In this document: one piece after another, positions 1-7,306 of the stretch
How the letters are laid out: each line of letters begins with the position of its first letter
Position numbering within the stretch: position 1 is the first letter of the stretch
Assembly: GCA_000091165.1 (NCBI GenBank)
Contig: FP565575.1
Span: forward strand, 1,890,001 to 1,922,000
Source of the DNA: Candidatus Methylomirabilis oxygeniifera
GTDB lineage: Bacteria > Methylomirabilota > Methylomirabilia > Methylomirabilales > Methylomirabilaceae
Length of the DNA stretch: 32,000 bases
Direction: 5' to 3'
Program-made: the position numbers and the translations under genes
Notes under the pieces: generated by a model
The model's database searches: none
Told to the model about the DNA's origin: nothing
The model's input: the letters and a program-made list of their open reading frames with translations, nothing else

Positions 1-2
1 TC

Positions 3-158
3 GATGAGATCCGGGATGTGCGCCGCCGCATCTCAGCGCGCGTTGCGCATGATCCCGCCCGATTAGTGGCCCACTACATGGAGCTACAGAAACAGGACCA
101 GGATCGGCTGATTGAGACCGAGAAAACCGCCCAGCGCATCGATCAGTCGGCCGCCTAA
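3..158 (+). CDS. 3' end of a truncated ORF (51 aa visible: DEIRDVRRRISARVAHDPARLVAHYMELQKQDQDRLIETEKTAQRIDQSAA), hypothetical
   Basis: Open frame from the window edge to TAA at 156-158; the sequence looks protein-like. The start lies outside the window. Confidence 0.5.
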   Translation, partial: DEIRDVRRRISARVAHDPARLVAHYMELQKQDQDRLIETEKTAQRIDQSAA

Positions 159-213
159 CTTTGCGCCCCAGCCAGACGCTCGCTCCACTTGTACGGCTGA
201 GCGTGGTTGTTAT
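152..213 (+). repeat. Degenerate integron attC-like site (candidate)
   Basis: GCCTAAC, overlapping the TAA stop of the preceding ORF, is followed by GCGC, an inverted arm CCAgACGCTC/GAGCGTGG and then GTTATAC. Confidence 0.25.
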
Positions 214-302
214 ACCCCGCCTGTGCCGATGTCGTAGCGAAGCGAATCTTCGTAAGGTGAGTAATCGTTGACAAGCTGTAATCGTTCGATTACACTCTAT
301 CT

Positions 303-596
303 ATGTTCTTGATAAAACTCCTGCCCGAATTTACCGCATGGCTGGACGGTCTGTCCGATGCGTCGGTGCGCGGGGTGGTCGCGGCGCGCATCAAGCGTCT
401 GGAGCGCGGCTTGATGGGGGACGTGGAGCCGGTCGGCGACGGGGTGTCGGAGTTGCGCATTCATTTCGGTGCGGGCTGGCGCATGTATTTCGTGCAGCGT
501 GACGGTCAGTTGATTGTGTTGCTCGTCGGTGGCTCCAAGCGTACCCAAAAGACTGACATCAAGCGCGCCAAGGCATTGGCGGCGCTCTTGGACTAA
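303..596 (+). CDS. HigB/RelE-superfamily addiction module killer protein (phage Gp49-like)
   Basis: 97 aa with the pattern FxxWLDGLxDxxxRxxVxxRIxRLExGxxGDVxPVGxGVxELRIxxGxGWRxYF...LLxGGxKxTQxxDIxxAxxL, immediately followed by an XRE-like antidote gene. Confidence 0.85.
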   Translation: MFLIKLLPEFTAWLDGLSDASVRGVVAARIKRLERGLMGDVEPVGDGVSELRIHFGAGWRMYFVQRDGQLIVLLVGGSKRTQKTDIKRAKALAALLD

Positions 597-611
597 GTGA
601 AGGAGATGACT

Positions 612-917
612 ATGATCCAACGTATCAAAGTAGCTGACTTACCCGAGTTTGATGCCGCGCCGTATCTCGACAGCGAGGCGGCGATTGCGGCTTACCTGAC
701 GGATATTCTGGAAGCGAACGATTCGGCTTTGCTGGCGTCGGCATTGGGAGACATCGCTCGGGCGCGTGGCATGAGCGAGATTGCCAAGGCATCCGGACTG
801 ACCCGCGAAGCTTTGTACAAGGCGCTCAGACCCAATGCGAAACCGCGCTACGACACCATCGCGAAGGTCTGTGCGGCGCTCGGGGTGCGGCTGGTGGCAC
901 AGGCGATTCATGCGTGA
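612..917 (+). CDS. HigA-type addiction module antidote (XRE/HTH)
   Basis: The ORF track runs 597..917; an AAGGAG motif at 600-605 supports ATG 612. HTH pattern DIARARGMSEIAKASGLTREALYKALRPNAKPRYDTIAKVCAALG. Confidence 0.85.
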   Translation: MIQRIKVADLPEFDAAPYLDSEAAIAAYLTDILEANDSALLASALGDIARARGMSEIAKASGLTREALYKALRPNAKPRYDTIAKVCAALGVRLVAQAIHA

Positions 918-1211
918 GCCTCCAAAGTTGACCGCCCGAGGAGATAGGCGCCACAATGGTGCCTAATGAACGGCTCAACCAGGCAACTACCCGACCGCAA
1001 TGAATGGCTGAATGCCTCCACGCTTTCCCTCGAAAAGGCAGTCCAGACGCCTGCTTCGCCACGAGAAGCCACGAAAAGCGCTTGACCGCCTTCCAGATTT
1101 GGCGTAATAGATCGTTAGTTACCTTTCTTTCCCTTGGAGAGGTGTGTCTGCCGCTTGTCTGCCAGGCAGGGAGGATAGCATGGGGCAATCTCACTAAAAC
1201 GGGGGCAATTC

Positions 1212-1310
1212 ATTGTCCTGCCCTTCCAGGTCATCGAGCAGGTGGACGAGCTGCACGCCGAAAGGCCAGAGGACACGTCACCACAAGGATTGCTTTTTGA
1301 CGAACGCGGG
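1212..1310 (+). pseudogene. Fragment homologous to the DNA methyltransferase N-terminal remnant at 2925-3218
   Basis: LPFQVIEQVDELHAERPEDTSPQGLLFDERG is encoded here and repeats the nucleotide sequence at about 3074-3172 with few mismatches. No extended frame continues on either side. Confidence 0.7.
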
Positions 1311-1629
1311 CTATCGTCTGCGTCGCTCAGTTCAAGTCGTAAGACGGCTGCACACGGCTTGCCTGATGAACAGTACCTACACTACCGGGGTCGATGAGGC
1401 TTGAGGTTGTTGGTCCAATTGCAGACGTTGAGGTTATCGCGTCAGGACCAGCAATTCGGGCGCGCTCCTACCTTCGCAAGGCGTATGGTCGAGGTCGATG
1501 GCGGAAGTGAAAGGGTGTTGCCACCGTTCGCCTGCCGAACGGCGCTTTGCGGAGGGTAGAGTTGCGTTGGTATGAAGCGCATGATATTGGTAGGAGAGAC
1601 CTGAGAATCAAACGCTACTTGGAAGACGT

Positions 1630-1866
1630 ATGAAAACGACGATGAAGCCGTTTGCGCTGTGTATCGATAACACAGACTATCAGGCATCACTCATCCTTGG
1701 CAAGGTCTATCATATTCTTCCGGATCCAAAAGCTGCCAAAGATGATCTTGTGCGCATCGTCGATGAGAGCGGCGAAGACTACCTCTATCACAAGGGGCTT
1801 TTTGTCTTTGTGGACTTTCCGAAAGTAGTGAAGAAGAAAATCCTCGCCCTTGCGACTGCTGCCTAA
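1630..1866 (+). CDS. Small hypothetical protein (78 aa)
   Basis: Complete ORF MKTTMKPFALCIDNTDYQASLILGKVYHILPDPKAAKDDLVRIVDESGEDYLYHKGLFVFVDFPKVVKKKILALATAA with credible composition. Confidence 0.65.
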   Translation: MKTTMKPFALCIDNTDYQASLILGKVYHILPDPKAAKDDLVRIVDESGEDYLYHKGLFVFVDFPKVVKKKILALATAA

Positions 1867-2195
1867 CTCAAATTCGGACACTATGAATACGGTCAAACGG
1901 CTTGACCGCCCACGGCTGCCATGCGAGAGTCTCTTGGGATTCCGGCTGGTGGTCGCCGGCTGATGTTCCAAGCCGGTCTCGATAACAAGGCTGCCGGCGC
2001 TGCCGCTTTGCCGCCAAAACCCCCGCAGCCACGCAGCAAAAGGCGCCCAGGGGAGATGGGACCCCTGCCAGATTAGGCGGCGAGCCCGTCGGCCCTAAAC
2101 AGATTAGGCCGGTCTGCCTAATTGTAGTTAAGCGGTCAGGACCCAGTCATTGGCGAGTGTCCGCATCCAGGCTATTGAGGCGACGAAGGGTTGAG

Positions 2196-2777
2196 ATGGT
2201 ACGGTTCCTCTGGTCGGAAAGAACCTGGGCCATCGTGAGCGCCGTGTCTGGCATGGTCGCGGCGCTCGCGGCGACGTTCACCGTCTATCAGGCCATGACA
2301 ACTACGCGTGAGGACAGGGAAGCGAAGCGACCCTACTTCACGATCGAGGCGCCTGGCATCAAACCCCTGCCGAAGAGTCCACCGTACCGAATTCAAATCA
2401 CAATGCGGAACGTCGGTGTCCATCCTGCAACCAGGTTGAACGGAAAGATCCTGTTCGTTGATGCGAACCTCGCTACGAAGCCGGCGTACGCTTTCGACTT
2501 TTCGGTAGCAAACGATGTACCTTCGGGATCTCCGACCCCGTGGTACAACGACTCCCTTATACTTCCAAATGACGTGCCGCCGATGTACGTCGTGCTAGCC
2601 GCTTCGTATAGCGACACCATTATCGGCAAGGACTACTCGCAGGCTTTTTATATGCGGTGGGACGGCGTCAAGAATGGTCAGACACAGCCAGATTTCGTTC
2701 ATGTGTCGGCTTCCGAGCGGTCTCGCATCGAACAAGCGCTGCGAACTGAGATCGAAGGCGTCATTCAACGGAAGTGA
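2196..2777 (+). CDS. Hypothetical membrane-anchored protein with one N-terminal TM helix
   Basis: Internal ATG at 2196, in frame with the 2157..2777 ORF, gives MVRFLWSERTWAIVSAVSGMVAALAATFTVYQAM. The remainder is a soluble domain. Confidence 0.6.
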   Translation: MVRFLWSERTWAIVSAVSGMVAALAATFTVYQAMTTTREDREAKRPYFTIEAPGIKPLPKSPPYRIQITMRNVGVHPATRLNGKILFVDANLATKPAYAFDFSVANDVPSGSPTPWYNDSLILPNDVPPMYVVLAASYSDTIIGKDYSQAFYMRWDGVKNGQTQPDFVHVSASERSRIEQALRTEIEGVIQRK

Positions 2778-2782
2778 GGCCG

Positions 2783-2862
2783 CCTAACCTCGCGCTGGGG
2801 CCGTCGCGCCGGCCCCGTGCGTGCTCGCGTGCCACCGTGGCGCGCGGCTGAGCGCCGGCGTT
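2783..2862 (+). repeat. Degenerate integron attC-like site (candidate)
   Basis: GCCTAAC...GCGCTGGGGC...GCTGAGCGC-CGGC-GTTATAT lies just after a stop codon. AAC/GTT and GCGCT/AGCGC can pair. The R' box does not fully match GTTRRRY. Confidence 0.35.
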
Positions 2863-2924
2863 ATATTTTCCATCGCGCCTCTCGGTCTGATACTGGGTAG
2901 GACATCGAGAAAAAGAGAAGTTTC

Positions 2925-3218
2925 ATGCCACGACTGACTGAACAAGAACAACAAGAGATCATCCGCTATATCGAGGCGGACAAGCCGCTGCCGGATAAGT
3001 TTCGCTTCCTGCTCCTCGAGGAGAAGCGGGAGGTGGAGCTAGTTTGGAACGGCAAGAGCAGCGAGGTCAGCAGTATCGTTCTGCCCTTTCAGGTGATCGA
3101 ACAGGTGGACGAGCCGCGCGCCGAAAGACCAGAGGACACGTCACCACAAGGATTGCTTTTTGACGAGCGCGGCCGCCAGCTTAAGGGCTGGACGAACAAA
3201 CTGGTTCCTCATCGCTGA
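2925..3218 (+). pseudogene. N-terminal fragment of a Mod-like adenine-specific DNA methyltransferase
   Basis: MPRLTEQEQQEIIRYIEADKPLPDKFRFLLLEEKREVELVWNGKSSEVSSIVLPFQVIEQVDEPRAE...RGRQLKGWTNKL resembles the N-terminus of large Mod-like methyltransferases. It stops before any catalytic motif. Confidence 0.7.
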
Positions 3219-3477
3219 AGAACGAGCCGCAAAGGCCAAGGTCGTTATCAGCACGCGCTTCAACAGCCAGCAGCAGGTGTTTCTCGATTTTGTGCTGTCA
3301 CACTACGTCAGCGTCGGGGTGGAAGAACTTGATCAGGACAAGCTCACTCCCCTATTGCGGCTCAAGTATCACAACTCCATCGCCGACGCCGTGGCCGATC
3401 TGGGCAGGCCGGATGAGATCGGGCGTGTCTTCACAGGCTTCCAGAAGTACCTATATCAGCAGCAGGCGGCCGCGTGA
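3160..3477 (+). pseudogene. C-terminal fragment of a type I/III restriction endonuclease R subunit
   Basis: The ...KAKVVISTRFNSQQQVFLDFVLSHYVSVGVEELDQDKLTPLLRLKYHNSIADAVADLGRPDEIGRVFTGFQKYLYQQQ part resembles the HsdR-type C-terminal domain. No helicase or nuclease domain is present; homology begins near 3210. Confidence 0.75.
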
Positions 3478-3608
3478 CACGCAAGAACCAAGAGTTCGTC
3501 GAGGGAGTGCCTGGCATGTTGGAGGTATTTAGCGGTGACGCTCGACGATCGCATCTGCTACTCTCTAACACCAGAGAATGGTTGTCGGCGCGACAGTTCG
3601 GTGCTACT

Positions 3609-3760
3609 ACTTATTAACAGTCTCATAATTGAATCGACACCCATTGAGAAAATCTCCCCTCGCCCCTCTTTTCCAAAGAGGGGTCAATCCTTCCTTTGAC
3701 AAAGGGAGGCGAGGAGGGATTGTTCGATCATGTGAAACTATTATTATGAGACGGTTAATA
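3609..3760. mobile_element. MITE-like element of 152 bp with 18-bp terminal inverted repeats
   Basis: TATTAACAGTCTCATAAT at 3609-3626 and ATTATGAGACGGTTAATA at 3743-3760 are inverted with one mismatch. The interior has a long G/C-run hairpin (TCCCCTCGCCCC.../...GGGAGGCGAGGAGGGA). Confidence 0.6.
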
Positions 3761-3778
3761 TTTTCACGCCGGCAATAA

Positions 3779-3830
3779 ATCTCCCCTACCCCATTTGCCG
3801 AAGGGGGGCAGCGAAGCGGGGGGATTTGAA
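3779..3830. repeat. G/C-run palindromic intergenic repeat
   Basis: AAATCTCCCCTACCCC...GGGGGG...GGGGGGATTTG; the same type as repeats at 12985, 13607 and 18530. Confidence 0.55.
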
Positions 3831-3844
3831 GAGGTGGTAAAGGT

Positions 3845-4264
3845 ATGAACCTGGCTGAAACAACCGCGACTATCATCCACACCGTGCTGGCGCACTACCC
3901 CGCGACGCAGGCCATCTACCTGTTCGGCTCGTACGGCGCAGGTGACGCTTGGCCGGATAGCGATGCGGACATTGCCCTGCTCTTCACCCCGGAACAGGCC
4001 AAAGCAGAACACAACCTGCCCCTGAGTCAATGCCGCTTTGATCTGGAAGATGCCCTGTCCAAAGAGGTGGATCTGCTCAATGCCCGGCAGGTGTCCACCG
4101 TCTTTCAAAAGGAAATTATTGGCGGTGTCCGTATCTATTGCGCCGATCCGTATGCGGCGGATGAATTTGAAATGCTGGTCATCTCCTATTACCAAAAGCT
4201 GAACGAAGAGCGGCGGGAAATCCTGGACGCCTTTGACAAAACCGGGAGGGCGTACGCCGTATGA
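3845..4264 (+). CDS. MntA-like nucleotidyltransferase-domain antitoxin
   Basis: GSYGAGDAWPDSDADIALLF matches the GSxxxGxxxxxSDxDL nucleotidyltransferase motif. ATGA overlap with a HepT-like gene. Confidence 0.85.
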   Translation: MNLAETTATIIHTVLAHYPATQAIYLFGSYGAGDAWPDSDADIALLFTPEQAKAEHNLPLSQCRFDLEDALSKEVDLLNARQVSTVFQKEIIGGVRIYCADPYAADEFEMLVISYYQKLNEERREILDAFDKTGRAYAV

Positions 4265-4677
4265 ACGATATCGTCATCAATAAAATTCAAAGTATTCAGC
4301 GGTGTATCGAGCGCGCGCGGCAAGAATACCGGTCAGACCCTGACGGGTTCGCAGTCAATCACACCTTGCAAGACGCGGCGGTGTTGAATGTGTTGCGGGC
4401 GTGCGAACAGGCGATTGACCTGGCCAATCATGTGATTCACACGTACAAGATGGGCATTCCCACCGCCAGCACAGAAAGTTTCGATCTGCTGCTGGCAAAG
4501 CATGTCATTGACGTGGCCCTGTCGGAGAAACTTAAACAGATGGTGCATTTCCGCAACATCGTCATTCACCAGTACCAGCGCATGGACATAGAGATTGTCA
4601 CATCGGTGATCGTTTCCGGCCTGGATGATCTGGTTCAATTCGGCGACCGCGTCAAGGAGTTTATCGGTGAGCGTTAG
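4261..4677 (+). CDS. HepT-like (HEPN family) ribonuclease toxin
   Basis: RNIVIHQY matches the Rx4-6H HEPN motif. Overlaps the nucleotidyltransferase gene by 4 nt. Confidence 0.85.
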   Translation: MNDIVINKIQSIQRCIERARQEYRSDPDGFAVNHTLQDAAVLNVLRACEQAIDLANHVIHTYKMGIPTASTESFDLLLAKHVIDVALSEKLKQMVHFRNIVIHQYQRMDIEIVTSVIVSGLDDLVQFGDRVKEFIGER

Positions 4678-4712
4678 GCATTGCAGCCGTACAATCCGAG
4701 GAGTGTCCCGAC

Positions 4713-5096
4713 ATGTCACCAGACATAGACCTGTTCATTGCGCTTGAGCGCCGCGTGTGGCAGGCGCTGGCAGATGGCGATGTCAGCGCCGACTCACGTC
4801 TTCTCGATCCCAGATATCTCGGCGTCTATGCAACCGGCTTCGGTTCAAAAGACGACCATGTGGCGCAACTGCGCAATGGCCCCATTGTTAAAAGCTTCGC
4901 CATCGAGGATCCTCGACTCCTGGTGTTCGCACCGGACACCGTGCTACTTGCCTATCGAGCAACCTTTATACCGGCCGGCAAAGCTGATCCGCAGGTGGTC
5001 CACATCATGTACGTGTCGTCAGTGTGGAAACAACGCGGCGCTGACTGGGTCAACATATTCAGTCAAGACACGATGGCAGATGAGGCTGCCACGTGA
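4713..5096 (+). CDS. SnoaL/NTF2-like (DUF4440-type) protein
   Basis: 127 aa; LERRVWQALADGDVSADSRLLDPRYLGVYATGF... typical cone-like fold pattern. Confidence 0.6.
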   Translation: MSPDIDLFIALERRVWQALADGDVSADSRLLDPRYLGVYATGFGSKDDHVAQLRNGPIVKSFAIEDPRLLVFAPDTVLLAYRATFIPAGKADPQVVHIMYVSSVWKQRGADWVNIFSQDTMADEAAT

Positions 5097-5213
5097 CCAG
5101 GGGTGACCCTGCGTTCACTCGCGCACGCGCCCCAGGTACCGCACATCTTCAGTCGGGGCGCAGAGTCACAACGGTTGTCGGCATAACTCATTTTTACGAA
5201 GGGAGACACAGCA

Positions 5214-5342
5214 ATGGGTGACAGTGGAAAAAAGGATAAAGGCAAAAGGGAAACGCAAAAAAAGGCCCAGCTTGATCCAAAGGCCAAACGAAAATTGAAA
5301 CAAGAAAAGAAGCATAAGTCCAGCTCCATCTCTTCCAGGTGA
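5214..5342 (+). CDS. Lysine-rich 42-aa small protein
   Basis: MGDSGKKDKGKRETQKKAQLDPKAKRKLKQEKKHKSSSISSR with GGGAG upstream at 5201-5205; absent from the supplied ORF track. Confidence 0.55.
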   Translation: MGDSGKKDKGKRETQKKAQLDPKAKRKLKQEKKHKSSSISSR

Positions 5343-5535
5343 CCTTCAATCACGCAAGGGAGTTGTGTGCCGGTCGCCGACCAGACCATTCACACTATGT
5401 CACTGGCAGCACAACCAGTCGATTTACCCGCCAGGCATGGCGGTTGCGGTTGCGCGTGCAATCAATGTCGCTCGACGCCATAACCGGCTGATGATCTCGA
5501 GCATTGAGGCAACTATTCACGCCAAGGAGGGACAC

Positions 5536-5865
5536 ATGGCTGGAGTAAAATTTATTGTAATCTACCCTCGTCCGACTGATATTGAAGCCTTCGAGAAGGT
5601 GTATCAGGACGAGCACGTACCCATGGCGGTTGAAAAGCTGGTCGGCAAGACCAAACTCGTAGCGACGAAGGTACTGGCTTCTCCTCAAGGGACACCACCT
5701 TTTTACCGTATCGCCGAGGTTCACTTCCCGTCGATGGAAGCCCTGGAGGCCTGCGCCGCTTCAGCAGGGACGAAGGAGACATTGGCCCATGCCGTGTCTA
5801 TCTCCACCGGAGGTACACCGATTTTTTTAGTCGCCGAAGAGGAGACTTTCGCCTTCGCCCCATGA
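5536..5865 (+). CDS. EthD-domain (dimeric alpha/beta barrel) protein
   Basis: MAGVKFIVIYPRPTDIEAFEKVYQDEHVPMAVEKLVGKTKLVATKVLASPQGTPPFYRIAEVHFPSMEALEACAASAGTKETLAHAVSISTGGTPIFLVAEEE. AGGAGG precedes ATG 5536. Confidence 0.8.
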   Translation: MAGVKFIVIYPRPTDIEAFEKVYQDEHVPMAVEKLVGKTKLVATKVLASPQGTPPFYRIAEVHFPSMEALEACAASAGTKETLAHAVSISTGGTPIFLVAEEETFAFAP

Positions 5866-6010
5866 GCTCTGACCCTGGCGCAGGAGATTTCCGCATCGAT
5901 CGGCATGACGATCGACCCTGACCTCTGCATCCTAATGACTACGACACCGAAAGGTGCATGGGAGTTCACCAACTGCTTCGCCGCTCTGACGTGACACCCG
6001 GCCCGGCCCG

Positions 6011-7261
6011 ATGAAACGTGTTGTTGTCATTGGAGCGGGTGCGGCGGGGACTATGGCCGCGATCTTTGCGGCCTCCAGCGGCGCCGAGACGCGGCTCCTC
6101 GAGCGCACGAATGACGGCGGACGCAAAATTCTCATCAGCGGGGGCGGCCGGTGCAACATTCTGCCGGCCGTCGTTCATGAGTCTCGCTTCGTCACCGATT
6201 CTTCACCTCACACCCTTCGAAAGATGCTCCGCTCCTGGCCGCTAAGCGAGCAGATCGCGTTCTTCGAAGGCAAAGCCGGGATCCCCCTGATGGAAGAAAG
6301 GGAGTCGGCGAAGCTGTTTCCACAATCCGAAAGCGCGCGCGATGTTCGCGACAGGCTGCTGGCGCTCGCGCGCGCCAGAGGCGTCGTGATCGAGACCGGC
6401 GCGTTGGTCACCGGCCTTGTCCCGGCCGGCAACGGCTGGCAGATCGAACGACGCGGAGGATCATCCCTGCAGGCCGATGCCGTCGTTGTTGCCACAGGCG
6501 GCCTCTCCTTTCCCGGTACGGGAAGCGATGGCCTCGGGCTTCGCATCATCAAGACGCTGGGGCATACGATCAACCGAACCTACCCGGCGCTGACCCCGCT
6601 GACGGCGACGGTCCGGCGAAAGCCGGGCACGACCGGTGGCGCGCCGTTCGCCGCGCTTTCAGGCATTTCGCTGCCGGTCACGCTGACCGCCCGCGCAGGA
6701 ACCTTGGAGTCCACATCGACAGGAGGATTTCTTTTCACCCACCACGGCTACAGCGGGCCCGCCGTGCTCGATGTGTCTCATGTCGCGGTACGCTCACGCG
6801 CCGAGATGGACGCTCCCGCGCGTCTCGTTGTACGATGGACGTCATTGAACGATAAGGATTGGGAATCGGTTTTCGGTTCGCGCGGTTCTCGAACGGTGCT
6901 GAACGCTGTGGCGGCTCAGTTACCGCGTCGACTCGCCGAAGCGCTGATCGATTTCGCCAGGATTGATATTCGCCGAACACTCTCGCAACTGACCCGTGAC
7001 GAGCGGCTCCGTCTCATCGACATCCTCGTACGATGCGAACTGCCGTGGTCGGGAGATGAGGGGTACGGGAAGGCCGAAGTCACCGGCGGTGGTGTGTGTC
7101 TGTCGGAGATCGATCCGAAGACTTTGGAAAGCAAGATTCACAAGGGTCTGTTTCTGTGCGGCGAGATACTCGACGCCTTCGGACCGATCGGCGGCTACAA
7201 CTTTCTCTGGGCGTGGGCGACCGGGCGCGCCGCCGGCCTTGGCGCCTCACGCACGCACTAG
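6011..7261 (+). CDS. NAD(P)/FAD-dependent oxidoreductase, HI0933/YhiN (BaiN) family
   Basis: VVIGAGAAGTMAAIFAASSGAETRLLER, ISGGGRCNI, VVATGGLSFPGTGSDGLG and LFLCGEILDAFGPIGGYNFLWAWATG. Confidence 0.92.
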   Translation: MKRVVVIGAGAAGTMAAIFAASSGAETRLLERTNDGGRKILISGGGRCNILPAVVHESRFVTDSSPHTLRKMLRSWPLSEQIAFFEGKAGIPLMEERESAKLFPQSESARDVRDRLLALARARGVVIETGALVTGLVPAGNGWQIERRGGSSLQADAVVVATGGLSFPGTGSDGLGLRIIKTLGHTINRTYPALTPLTATVRRKPGTTGGAPFAALSGISLPVTLTARAGTLESTSTGGFLFTHHGYSGPAVLDVSHVAVRSRAEMDAPARLVVRWTSLNDKDWESVFGSRGSRTVLNAVAAQLPRRLAEALIDFARIDIRRTLSQLTRDERLRLIDILVRCELPWSGDEGYGKAEVTGGGVCLSEIDPKTLESKIHKGLFLCGEILDAFGPIGGYNFLWAWATGRAAGLGASRTH

Positions 7262-7306
7262 GTCATTAATCATGCCCTCTCTCAATCTGAAATAGTCGGT
7301 TCACCG

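Noticed and set aside
1004-1404. ORFs 1004..1300 and 1213..1404
   Set aside because: Wrong frames across the degenerate methyltransferase fragment and non-coding DNA; composition is not protein-like.
4671-4680. GCGTTAGGC as an integron R' box after hepT
   Set aside because: GTTAGGC matches the consensus but overlaps the hepT stop with no matching partner arm nearby, so chance is more likely.
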